DNA of 64,000 nucleotides from Batkoa obscura (Eukaryota): NCBI GenBank assembly GCA_030770535.1, contig JASVEC010000018.1, positions 682,001 to 746,000 of the forward strand, read 5' to 3'. Shown piece by piece: positions 41,085 to 52,935 of this stretch (position 1 is its first letter; each line of letters starts with the position of its first letter). The notes under the pieces were generated by a model. It saw only the letters and a program-made list of their open reading frames with translations, ran no database searches and was not told where the DNA came from. The position numbers and the translations under genes were made by a program.

Positions 41085-42112
41085 TTATGTCTCAATCTTT
41101 CTAATCACAGGCTGTATTTGATATTTCAAAATAATCGGTAACAAATGATAAATGGAAAAATTAGGCCATAATACATTAATAAAATAAATTTGAGTATGGT
41201 GCATCGATGTCTAAAAACAATTCAAAGTTTGCATTATTAGTTCAAGCTCTATAAAAACACTAAAACTTAAATTTTACCTGCCACAATAAAAAATCACTCA
41301 ATCGAATTTCCCCTGAAGTACGTATCAAAATGTCTAACTTGGGCAACTCGGAAGTGTATAAACTAGCTTCTATTTGTTCAATAGTTATTTCATTATTTGG
41401 ATGATTTTTGGATATCATTTGATTCATTTCATCAGTCGATGTATAAGGGAAACAGATAGTTAAAATGGCTCTATAAATTTATAAAATTTGATAAAAAATA
41501 ATTCCCATTAAATAAAATTATATCAGTTACTTATTATAATGTTCTGTTTCTTTCATAGCTTTATATATCACTTTTAAAACATCCTTTGATAATAAGGATA
41601 GCTTTCCTATCACTCTTATTGATACTTCATGTTTTTTAATCATTTCACTAAAATAAAAATACTTAAATAATTAAATAAAAAAATATGTTCAATTATTACC
41701 TTTGAGTACAAAAAAATTCCAATCGATCTTTTGCTAATGTCATTAAAGCTTCCACTTCTTCTTTAGGTCTTTTAAAATTTTCAATAGAAAAAGCGTAAGC
41801 TGTTACTGCTTTAACTCCTAATCTCAAGCAACAATCTAATATCTAAAAAATCAGAAACTAAATTAACACAGTCCTTTAAAACAGCTGTAATTAAATAGCC
41901 AAATTTACCCTTTCCAAGCTATTAAAGCCCAAATAATGACCTTCTGGAGTGGATATTTGATGTTGTTTTGCAAACCTTCTATTACCATCCATAATTAAAC
42001 CAATATGTTGTGGTATTGGGCCTTGTTTTAATAGATTAATACACAAAGATTCCACACTTTCATGAATCGTATTGATAAAGTTTGTTAGTGTATTAACGAT
42101 TGTATTGCTCAT
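41085..42112 (-). CDS. RER2: cis-prenyltransferase / dehydrodolichyl diphosphate synthase
   Basis: [77 protein letters not shown]. Confidence 0.93.
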
Positions 42113-42286
42113 TATAGTAATATGAAATTGAAATTTTAAATTTCGAAAAATTTTAATATTGTTAATTTGAAAACTAAAAAATATTAGTGTTTTATTGGCA
42201 AAAGTTTAGGATTGAAATTCTATGTTTGATTTCAACTAAATTTAGTAAAATGTTAACTTTTATCTTTAAAAAAATTAAGTTAGATT

Positions 42287-45200
42287 ATGACATTAAAAGA
42301 AGAAAAAGAAGGAGAAAAAGACAAAGATAAAAAGATAGATTTAAATGAACAAGATAAACAAAATGATAGCGAAAATAATAACCAACCTATAATACGTGAA
42401 AAACCCAACTCTATATTAATAGAACATAGCAAATCGGATCAACAATCCCACTCCAATCAACATCTTACCATCCAAGAGCCCTTATTCTCTCATGATGAGA
42501 CCTCGTCCTTACTTCCTAAACCTGCATCTAACTATAAAAGACGAAAAAGCAGTAGTTTTAGTTATACTTCGGAATTCAATATGAATTATCGTTCAATTAA
42601 TTCCATTTCAGAATTAAGTATGAGTCCAGAAGTTGGCTTTGAAGATTTTGAAAATGAAATCTTAACTAAATCACCACAAAGGAGAGATATGTTACCATCA
42701 CCAACACCTTCTCAATTAGAAGATATTGTTATTGATCCCAATTCAATACCTTATGATGAATGTGAACAACCTAAAAATTTTATTGGTTTAACGGATAAAG
42801 AGGCATATAGGTAAATGAAAAGAAAAAGGAATATATAGGGTTTAGGATGATGGTACTAATTTTTTCAATTTAGTCAATTAATTATCTCGGTTGAAGAGCT
42901 TTTAATGCAATATCATAAAGAAGAAGACTTACTAGAATGTAAATTTATTAATACAACGTCAATTAATCCATATTAACTAATCAATTCAACAGTTACTATG
43001 ACCTATCTTTCCCGGGTAGAATCTTTAATCTTAATTGGTGACACATTATTGCTAGTGTTTGTATTTATCTGGGGTTGGTTTCGAGGTAGTATAGAAGATA
43101 GTCAATATCAATTTCGGTATAATGGGGTCTTAGTAGAAATCTTTATCTTGTTATTAGTATTAGCATGGAATGGTGTGATGTATTATAGAGAGAGTCGATT
43201 GACTACTCATGAAACTTTAGATAGAGCACGATCTATTTTAAAGGTTATGGAAGATAACAGAGCAAGACCTATGAGGGTAAGTGTTGATTTAGTTGCTTAT
43301 TAATTTATTTATAATATTTGTGTTTAGCCTTTAAAACTACCTATTTGTCCCACCTTTTCTATAGTCAATGTTTATCGTGATGGTATCCTACAACAATTAC
43401 CAGTGAATCTAACAGTGGATGGTGATATAATCGAAATAGCATTTGGTATGGTAGCTTTTTGTGATATGGAATATATGGGTAGTAGTCCTGAACGAATGAA
43501 ACTTAAACGAGGAGAAATTTTCCAACCTAAATTTTTTAATTATGATCCCAATATTCCGCTACAACAAAGTACATTTAAATTTTTATTAATGGAAACAAGA
43601 TTTGCATCTACTTTATCTGATACACTACAACAAAAAAGACCACGTTCAATGATTGATTCTCAAAGATCTAAAATTCGAAAGTATTTTTCTTTAGGTTTTG
43701 GTTTTAGTTCTTTATTTTTATGTGGTATTGTGAACGCCATTGTTTATATACTAGTAGATATACCAGCTAATAATTGGGATCATTGGGCAGAAGTATTAGT
43801 TCGAATACCAGGCTACGCTTTATTAGCTTGGCTACCTCTTTGGATTCCTAGTTTTTGGTTTATTGTTAGAAGTTATTGTAATGCTCATACATTAGTATTA
43901 TTTGAAGCATTGCAAAAATCTAAAGAAGAATTTGAAGATGAAGAAGACATTGATGAGTTTGATACTGAAGCTCCTTCCCCTACTAAAAATATTGAAATTT
44001 CTTTTAGTGAGTTATTAAAAGAGTATATATTTTGTTTATATTTATTATTGTTGTTTAGGTATGGTATTTGAAAAATGGTGGTGGTTAATGTCTCAATGGA
44101 ATCAAGTCTCTTTAACTAGATCAACTAATTTATTTGAATCTCTTGGTAGTATTACTATGTTATGTGCTTTAGATAAAGAGGAGACAATTGCTACTGTAAG
44201 TTACAATAAGATGTACCAATAATATAATACATATAATAATAATAATTTAATTAGCCCTTCCCAGAAATGGAACATATATTATTTGTAAATTCAGACAAAG
44301 GGGTAGTTAAATTAGATGTTAATGAAGATAAATCAAGTAAAAATGCCATTCGATTTGAAGATCAGGATTGGGAAAAGTATATAACGTAAGTTATTGAACC
44401 ATTATTTTTATTTTTATTTTTATTTTTATTTTTATTTTTATTTTTATTTTTATTTGTTTTATTAATATAATGTTTTTTCATAGATGTTTAAAACCACTCG
44501 GATTAAATACTATGCTATGTACTAAATGTGGTGTTATTGATCATCAACACGTGACTTATAAACCAGCCAATTCACATTTAAATAATTTGGATTTGGATTT
44601 AAATGATGTATTGGCGCCTGCCAGACAAAGTAAGTTTATTATTTAATATTTAACTATATAATGTAAGGATTTTATATTTAGCTTGCCTATGTAGATTGGG
44701 CTTAGAAGTAGGATTTACACCACAATCGTTAGCCTCTTTTTCGCGCAAAAAAGATATAGTATTAATGGCCCCTTATCATCCAACCTTAACTAGTCCAACC
44801 CAAAAAAAGTTAGATTTTGAAATACCCTTAGCTTTATCTACCATTTATAGAGAAAGTAAAAGTGGAAATTATCAATTATTATCAAGTGGCCATATGGATT
44901 TAATATTAGATCACTGTGCTGATTATTGGGATGGAGAAGGATTATGTACATTTACAAATTCAGTAAGTTTTATTTTGTTATATATTATATATTAATTTTT
45001 ATTTTTATGTTTAGATTGAAAATAAAATATATGATTTTTATGAAAATGCTATTGGAAATGATCTACAATGTGTTGCGTATAGCTATCGACCAATTAATAT
45101 TAAAAATGATAATGAGTTAATATTTTTAAATGATGAAGAAGCCAAATCTTCCATAAAAATTCGAATATCAAATGAAGAAAGTGAAAATATATCTAGCCCA

Positions 45201-46859
45201 TCAAGTACAATATCAAAATTAAGTTCTGAAGATGAAGATGAAATTAATGATTTATTAAAACGTAAACGTATCTTTAGTAAAATTACAATTGAAGAAGATG
45301 AAGTTGACCCAACTATTGCTGAACAGGATCCATTAAAATTTTATAAAAATCAAACAAAAGGTCAAATATTTTTAGCTATGACAACTTCAGCTCATCAACC
45401 TAAACCTGATGTATGTGATGTCATTGAAGATTTAAAATTAGCTGGTATAAGATTTGTTTATTTTTCACCAAAAGATGAAAGGAGAAGCAAAGCATTTGCG
45501 GAAAGATTAGGTATGGAAACGGATTGGAATACATGTATTCGATTATCCCCATCTAGTTCCGAAGATGATTTTGATGATCATTATATAAAAGCTAGATTAC
45601 CTTGTGGTATTGAAACTATTAGAGACCATCTAGAAAACGTAGATGATATTCCTTTACAAGTTTCTTTATTTGCTGAATGTTCTCCTGAAGCTACTGTAGA
45701 AATGATTAAAATATTTCAAGAATATGGTGAAGTTGTTTGCTGTATTGGTAATTCATTAAATCACTTAAATACTCCAGCTTTCGCTACAGCGGATTTGGGT
45801 ATTGCAGTGGAACCTCTTTTACATAGAAGATTTGCTTCTACTCAACTGTTTCACTCTACTGTTTCTTTAGGTTCTACATTAACTTCATTGCCTTGTGCAT
45901 TGTTTTTTAATAAAGAAACATCTTTGTTTGTATTGACACAAATTATTAGGGAAGCTAGAAGATTACTGAATTCAGTAAGACAGGTAAATTCAATTAGTTA
46001 TTTAATATCAAAATTATTAATATAAATTTTAATGTAGGGAGGATCCTTTTTATTAGCAGTTGGTATGGCTTCATCTTTATTAATAATAGTCAATTCTATA
46101 TTAATACAACCACCAATCTTATCTGGTTATCATATATTGTGGTTATTATGGATAGTTGGACCAATTATAACAATGCCATTTTTATTTACACCACATGAAC
46201 CAAATACGATGACATCAATGGTAGGTAAAAATAAAGAACATATACCTGGATTTATGAGATTTTTTATGTATGGCTTTATGAGAATGTTAGGTTCTATTTT
46301 AACTTGGCAATTTTTGTTTGTAGTGTAAGGATATAAATTTAATATAAGTTGACTGATAAATTGATTATTTTATTTTAGTTCATTTTATAATTTACGAATA
46401 ATAGCAGGTGATATGGATGATTTCTTATCACGTAGGGATGACTGGTATGCTTGGACTCCTAATGAACAATGGGCTTTATTACATAGTCAAAATTTAACCT
46501 TGTTTTTTATGGTTTATCATTTATGTTTAATATCAGGTACATTTATGTCAAGAACTTTATATTTTTGGGAACATCCACCTTATTATAATAAGCAATGGTT
46601 ACTAGGAATATTTATTGCTATACTTATTCAAACTATTTATTCGTTAACTTTTTTTATTGAAAGTCCACAACCGTTTACATTAATAGGTACATTAAATGCC
46701 CTTCCATATTGGTATTATGTAATGGGATTTGTATCACCTATTTTATTGTTACCTTTGCAAGAGATGGTTAAATATCATGATAGAGATATTTACACTAGGT
46801 TTCAAAAGAGATCTAAGTTAGAGTTTAATACAAAGTTAGGATTACATTCTCCTGTTTAG
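42287..46859 (+). CDS. TMEM94: TMEM94 (ERMA) P-type-ATPase-like ER membrane protein; multiple introns
   Basis: ESLGSITMLCALDK, CLKPLGLN, LILDHCADYWDG, GIRFVYFS..ERRSKAFAERLGMETDWNTCIRL, ARLPCGIETIRDHLENVDDIPLQVSLFAECSPE, C-terminus FQKRSKLEFNTKLGLHSPV. Confidence 0.92.
44404..44454 (+). repeat. (ATTTTT)n microsatellite, about 8 units, in a TMEM94 intron
   Basis: Hexamer tandem visible directly. Confidence 0.9.
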
Positions 46860-47035
46860 AGCAAGTTGAAGGCTATTTATAAGCAATAAAAAAAATACTA
46901 ATAATGTTAAATGAATGTTGTAGTTTAATAAATTTTATTCTTGAGTTTAAATTTATAATAATAAAATGAACAATAACTTTAAATATAAAAAATAAATAAA
47001 AAAGTTTAATTTTATTATTAGTTAACATTATTAGT

Positions 47036-47896
47036 TTAAGCTTGATTAATAATTTTAGCTATTAGTTTTAATACTATTGGACTAATTGGTACTTCATCAT
47101 GAGTACCGAAATCATCTAAAATCAATTCAACTCTAGTAAAACCTAATTGATGTAAATGTTGACCAAAATCTAAACTTTGAGATTTCTTAACTAAATTATC
47201 TTGATTAGAATAAAACAAAATGTATTTAGGTAGTTTAATATACGGTATTAATCCCAATTTTTCTTTTGTAGAACACATAGGGGAAGCCAATTTCCAATCG
47301 TCTTTTAATAAATCTTTTCCAAAAGCTGGTAACAAAAAATCATTTTTATAACTACTATCATGTTCCGAAAATCCCTTTAAATCAAATATACCTTCTGTGA
47401 CAATAATACCTTTAATATGTGCTACTTTTTCAACAATATCATTTCTATTTATTCCATTCATCCCTTTCTTTTCCATCTCTTCAATAATATCTCCCACTCT
47501 TAATCCAATCATCCCCGATAATTGCCCTCCTGCTGAATGTCCCCCTAAATAAATATTTTTACTATCATAACCTAATCCCCTACCATTTTCTACAATATGT
47601 AAATAACCTAATAAACAATCAATTGAATGTAATGGATGTTGGATTTCACTATTGATATCTCGTTCACTTAACCGATAATTTAATAAAGCTACAGCAATGT
47701 TCTGCGATGAAGAAAGATTTATTGCCATTGTAGTTAATTCCTTTTTGTCACCAGATACCCATGCCCCTCCATGGATAAAAATTAAAATTGGTGGTGAGGA
47801 GGAAGAGTGGGATGGTAGGTAAAGATCGTAAGTGTTCAGCGGATGTGTGTTGGAGTAGCATATATCGCTATAAATTATGGGTTGTTTGACAGTCAT
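47036..47896 (-). CDS. Kynurenine formamidase-like alpha/beta hydrolase; intronless
   Basis: YDLYLP, IFIHGGAWVSGDK, LNYRLS, QHPLHSIDC, nucleophile GHSAGG, EGIFDL, Asp in QDNLV, His in GTHDE. Confidence 0.78.
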   Translation of the reverse strand: MTVKQPIIYSDICYSNTHPLNTYDLYLPSHSSSSPPILIFIHGGAWVSGDKKELTTMAINLSSSQNIAVALLNYRLSERDINSEIQHPLHSIDCLLGYLHIVENGRGLGYDSKNIYLGGHSAGGQLSGMIGLRVGDIIEEMEKKGMNGINRNDIVEKVAHIKGIIVTEGIFDLKGFSEHDSSYKNDFLLPAFGKDLLKDDWKLASPMCSTKEKLGLIPYIKLPKYILFYSNQDNLVKKSQSLDFGQHLHQLGFTRVELILDDFGTHDEVPISPIVLKLIAKIINQA

Positions 47897-48523
47897 TTTT
47901 ACACAGTATTGATGAAGTTAAATTGTCTAATATTGTTAGATTTGAATTAAAGAAAATAGTATAATTAAGTAGTGAAAGGTTCACTTTAAATAGTATAGAA
48001 ATAAAGGGATGGATGAGAAATTAATCGTTAATCGTTTAAATTTAGTAAATTTAGTGATTCGATACGATTATAAGGAGTTATTTTTGGATTTATTCTTTGT
48101 TTATTCTTTAGTCATTGCTGTGTCAAATTGAGAATGAAATGAAAATTTAATGTTTTATTAGGTTGAATTTAGAAAATTTAAAAAAAATCAAGTAATATGA
48201 ATAGTTAAAAAATGAATATGTGAGAAAATAAATTATTAATATTTTTATTGAACTTATTAAAACACGTTATTTTGAAGTTTATATAACTATAATGTTACTA
48301 CAGTTTAGTTTATTATATAATTTAAATCTGTATGAAATTATAGTCTATTTTATTATATAGTTTAAATAATATAAAAAAAGTATAGTAATGATTACAATGG
48401 GCTAAAAGCACATTAAAACTTAGCTAAAGATAGAAGCTAAAACATGGAATTAAATAACTATAAATAACAAAGAAAATCAAATTTTTATTTATTATATTAT
48501 AAAAAAACTACTCATCACTCATC

Positions 48524-48898
48524 ATGTTTCTTTACAAGCTATTAACAATCATATCACTAAATATCTTCTTAGTCAATAGCATTTATTTTCGATGTAAAAT
48601 GAGCACTAATCCTTCTGGAACTGAATGTTCCTGTTTTGCCACTGGTGGAAAAAAACCAGTAGCTTCTGGTGGATTTGCTGACTTAACTTGTACATTTCAA
48701 TATAATTATTGTAGTTCTTCACAAAAGGGGCTTCCCAATGGTAGAGTCAAGATTGAGTATTGTGATAGTAATAAGATGAGATTGTCAGTGGAAAAATTCA
48801 ACGTTAAAAAAGTATATGTGATTGAAAAGTGGAATATAACTGTTGAGAATGGAGTAGAGATAAAGAATAAGAATTTAAATACTTTTAATGAGGAATAG
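48524..48898 (+). CDS. Small secreted cysteine-rich protein, paralog 1 (124 aa)
   Basis: Signal-peptide-like N-terminus; six Cys in pattern C-x10-CxC-x18-C-x6-C-x16-C; homologous to the convergent neighbour. Confidence 0.85.
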   Translation: MFLYKLLTIISLNIFLVNSIYFRCKMSTNPSGTECSCFATGGKKPVASGGFADLTCTFQYNYCSSSQKGLPNGRVKIEYCDSNKMRLSVEKFNVKKVYVIEKWNITVENGVEIKNKNLNTFNEE

Positions 48899-48976
48899 TA
48901 ATTTTAAAGTATAATAAAATCAATAAATTTGAAGAAAACAAAAAATAGCCATTAAAATTTTTTATTTATACCTAGT

Positions 48977-49384
48977 TTACAATAATTTTCTCAATTTTCT
49001 AAATAATCTTTTATAAATATTAATATTATCTTTCTTTTCTGAATCAATACCACCCTCATATTTTTCACCATTTTGATCTGCAGATACCGACAAATTGTTA
49101 ATTTCGGAATAAAAATATTTGTCGTTTTTCTTTTCAACTAAGCCAACTCTTTCTTCAGTGCAAAAAGCAATAAAAGTTTTACCATTGTCAATGTTTTTGG
49201 CTTCTGAGGAACAATAACTTTTATTTTCTTTACAGTTCAATTTCACAGTGGATTTACCTCCTTTGGCAGAACATTCACAGCTTAAAGAATTGTTCTTGGT
49301 TTGAACTTTGCATTCGTATTTAATGGAGGTGATAACGCTAACAAAAGCAGCAAGGATGGTGATAAGTAAGATGAGCTTATTCAT
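48977..49384 (-). CDS. Small secreted cysteine-rich protein, paralog 2 (135 aa)
   Basis: Signal peptide MNKLILLITILAAFVSVITS; C-x10-CxC-x12-C-x6-C-x16-C; shares GGK, YCSS and NG motifs with paralog 1. Confidence 0.85.
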   Translation of the reverse strand: MNKLILLITILAAFVSVITSIKYECKVQTKNNSLSCECSAKGGKSTVKLNCKENKSYCSSEAKNIDNGKTFIAFCTEERVGLVEKKNDKYFYSEINNLSVSADQNGEKYEGGIDSEKKDNINIYKRLFRKLRKLL

Positions 49385-50000
49385 TTTGAAATGTCTTTGA
49401 TTTTATATATAGTAGATATAAAAGTTTAAAAAAATTAAAAGCCACTTTATTTCCTTTTTATACAAGTGAAGTTACGGACTATTTATTTCAAATTTTCTAA
49501 AAATAAATTGAAATTTGTAGCTGAAATTTTTACTATTTTATCCGTATTTTCATCGGTTTGTCCGCGAAAATTGAAACTCTTGCAAATTTAGTAGAGTTAA
49601 AGTTTAGTTAAAGTAAAAGTCAAATAACATAGTACCATTTCCAAGCAGCTTTTAGTAGCTTATTGTCTTCTGCTTTTACTATCGATAACTCACATATTCG
49701 TTACACACTTCATTGAATCAATAATAGTCTATTTTGGTAAACTTCAATTCTTATTTCATGACATTGTTATTTATTGAAAAAGAAGAAAGAAATAGATTAA
49801 TATAGTAATTTGTCAGAATTAATAAATTAGATATTATTGAGTTTTCATTATCTTGATTTTAAAAATAGTTCTAAGACAAGTTGTTAAATGTTTTAACATA
49901 AATTTAAGAATTGGAACAATAGACTAGATGTAAATAGAATAATCCAAAAGAAACTTCAATGTATTATTTATGTTCAATTTATAGCCTTTATTTATTTATC

Positions 50001-50057
50001 AACTTTTCCACTCAAATAGCACTTAATGAAAAAACTGATGAAACCAGCAGACATTCC
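50001..50057 (+). mobile_element. Partial MITE (right half)
   Basis: TTTTCCACTCAAATAGCACTTAA...ACATTCC|ATAT matches the family core and right end. Confidence 0.6.
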
Positions 50058-50822
50058 ATATGTATTATATGCTCGATGCTTTTAAACATACACATAACCA
50101 TTTGAGTTTTTAGCCCTTTGAATACCAATCACCTCAAAGAAATGCGGTTCAATTAGATCATGTTTTCCTATTGATTTTATGCTAATTAGATCAGCTTTTC
50201 TTGAGACTCAATACTCAAAGGTCTAGTTTGATTTAAACCATCTGAGCAATGTCTACTATTATCTTATTTTGATATAAAATCATATGTAAGTAACGTTTCT
50301 CCATAGTACTCAAGTGATTAAGATAAATAAGCACAGACAGCAAAAAAAGAGCCAAGAAAAACTGTAAATATCTTTAGTTTTAATAAAACATTTTCCTAAA
50401 TCTTTACTCCAAAAGATCGTAGAAACAGTAAAAGGCTTAGTTTAGAACGTAAACCTTGTTTCTGATTTTTTGAATTTGTAACTTTTTAGCACAGTCATAA
50501 TATCTCTAGTTGATAAATAAGTTATATTTCCATCATCTTAAAGTTTAAAGTCAAACAAGTCTTACAGTTCACATCTATAATTAAAATCTTTAACATATAT
50601 ATATTTATATAGATTTAAAACTAAGGTTCACTTGATTTAATCAAAAACTCACTAAATTTGGGTAAATTATATCAAAGAAAATAGAATTATATGCTAAGGA
50701 CAATTCATTTAATTATATATTGGGCTTTTACCTTTTAGGTCTATAAGTGTACTAACCTAGAGCTCCTGCAATATAGACAATAGTATTTTAATAAAAGTAT
50801 TAAATTTTAAGATTAACCATAT

Positions 50823-50920
50823 AGGGATGTATTTTTGTATTCAAGATATTTACTAACAAATTTTCCACTTGAATAGCACTTAAAAGAAGGAAAAAGTAAT
50901 AAAGCCAAAAAAAACACCCA
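50823..50920 (+). mobile_element. MITE copy, right end degenerate
   Basis: ATAT|AGGGATGTATTTTTG...AAAACACCCA. Confidence 0.8.
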
Positions 50921-51093
50921 GCTATATTTTATTATGACTAATTTTATATCATATAATATTATCTTAAAAACTGTAATTTGTAAAAATATAATATATAAAA
51001 CAACAGTTGAATGCTAAAGCATAGATATGGTATTTTTAATCTTTAGGACAAACATTTATAAAGTTTTGTTAAGCAAAGAGATAGAATGGGATT

Positions 51094-51927
51094 TTAATCA
51101 CCTAAAATTGGATTATCTGGGGCCAAAGGGTTAATCCTATTATAAAATTAAAGCTAGTTGTTTTGTTTTAAAATAATATACTTTTTAATATCAACTTTTT
51201 TAAATTCCAAATACGATCTTGATAAAGTTCTATTTTCTTCTTTAGTTAATCTCTTTAAACATATTGGTAATTGAGCATTTTCTTCTTCTCTCAAGTGGCT
51301 TTGAAAATCCTAAGTCTAAATTTCAATTTTATTAAGGTAATATATGGGGATGTATTTTTGTGTTTAAGAATTTTACTAACAAATTTTCCACTTAAATAGC
51401 GCTTAAAAAATGGAAAAAATAATGAAGTCAAAAAAAACACCCCCATATTTTTACTTCCATAAGCTTATCCAATTCATTTACAAATTCATTACATGGTCCA
51501 TTCATATTATATATCATACATAAAGCATAGATATCATTACAAAACTTTCGATGTTCTTGAAGCATTTTGACTGTGTTCTGTTTGCCAAAAGTTGGAAATA
51601 ATACTGGATAGAGAATAATTTCTTCAGTTATACAATGTGAAGAGACTATTGATTAGTTGATGTGTATATTGAATCTAAAAGAATCTAGGATATTAAATAG
51701 TTGAATATAGTTTATATGGATTCTACCTTACTAAGAGCTACCATCTCATTAATATACTCCTTTTGCTCGGATTGAGAAATTGATCCTAATTTACTTAATT
51801 TGTAGAGATAAATGATGCAATCATGTTCTTTTTTTATAGCAATGTCTATGCTTTCTTCATTTGAATGTTCAAAAGATTCCAAGTTAAAAATTTCATGTAA
51901 CCAATTGGCAGTGTCAAAGGTGGACAT
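51094..51927 (-). CDS. Hemerythrin-like (HHE) di-iron domain protein; 3 introns, last exon uncertain
   Basis: Spliced: AIKKEHDCIIYLY...EMVALISSHCITEEIILYPVL...MLQEHRKF...LDKLME/DFQSHLREEENAQLP...INPLAPDNP. This is the H / HxxxEE / H / HxxEEE ligand pattern. Confidence 0.82.
51346..51444 (+). mobile_element. MITE copy, ATAT TSD, inside intron 2 of the hemerythrin-like gene
   Basis: ATAT|GGGGATGTATTTTTGTG...AAACACCCCC|ATAT. Confidence 0.9.
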
Positions 51928-52254
51928 TTTTGTATATTTATTTATCTTAAAAAAATACCAAATTAACATTTAGATGTCTTTTATACTTTATCCTTAATAG
52001 CATTTTTAGTTAACTCAAACAAAATGCTAATTTTTAAACAGGTAATCAAAATGCAATTTAATGATTTGTGTTAGATTTATTGGTTGCTTTAAAAATAGCC
52101 CAAACACTTATAGAAAGGGTTGAAACGTGCTTTTAAATATGGTTTAAAAATTACTTATATAAAAAAGTTTATTGACTATGACTATATTGAGAACACATTA
52201 TAAAGATAGGAATGAGAGCCATCAACTTTTAGCTTTCTTCCTTTTCAGTAACTT

Positions 52255-52345
52255 TTATTTTTTGCTTAACAATCTTACTAACAATTTTTCCACTTAAATA
52301 GCGCTTAAAAAATGGAAAAAGTGATGAAATTAAAAAAACATTCCC
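52255..52345 (+). mobile_element. MITE copy lacking its left end
   Basis: Core TTTTTCCACTTAAATAGCGCTTAAAAAATGGAAAA and right end TTCCC|ATAT. Confidence 0.75.
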
Positions 52346-52500
52346 ATATCTTTAAATTTTGCTATGAGATCTTTTTTAGTGCTTTAAAACTATTCTTTAG
52401 TCCCTATTTCTGATTTAACTCGGAGATTTGTAGACTTTAAATATATAGTCTAAAATAAGTTATTTATAAGCAAATATTCCTAATTTCCTAATAAGCATAT

Positions 52501-52597
52501 GAGGATGTACTTTGTGTCTAAGAATTTTGCTAACAATTTTTCCGTTTAAATAGCGCTTAAAAATGAAAAACATAATGAAGTCAAAAAAAACACTCCC
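52501..52597 (+). mobile_element. MITE copy
   Basis: ATAT|GAGGATGTAC...CACTCCC|ATAA. Confidence 0.82.
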
Positions 52598-52935
52598 ATA
52601 AGGTAGTATCTGAACCTTAATTAAGTCCAACTTATACACAGGCGTATTGTATATCTTAGAGCGGAAGTCTTTCTCAGTAAAGAAGTTTTCTTTTCTCTTG
52701 AGATTAAAACAATTTGAGAAAAGCTATAAAATCTTAAAAAATGAATTCTTGACTTCTTTATACTACCTTTTATGATATTAATCTGATTTTTAAAAGGGGA
52801 TCTTATAAGAAGTAGTTATAAGTGTTTTTATAGTAAATTAGTTAATATATGATCCAATCAATAAAAAAATATCATTTTCTATTATCAATTATTATTTTAG
52901 TTTATTTTAGTTTAGTTTAATATTAAAGAAAACGA

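Noticed and set aside
9439..46859. U12-type (minor) introns or selenocysteine TGA codons
   Set aside because: The introns I traced were ordinary GT-AG without the RTATCCTT donor, and I saw no conserved in-frame TGA; not every intron was checked.
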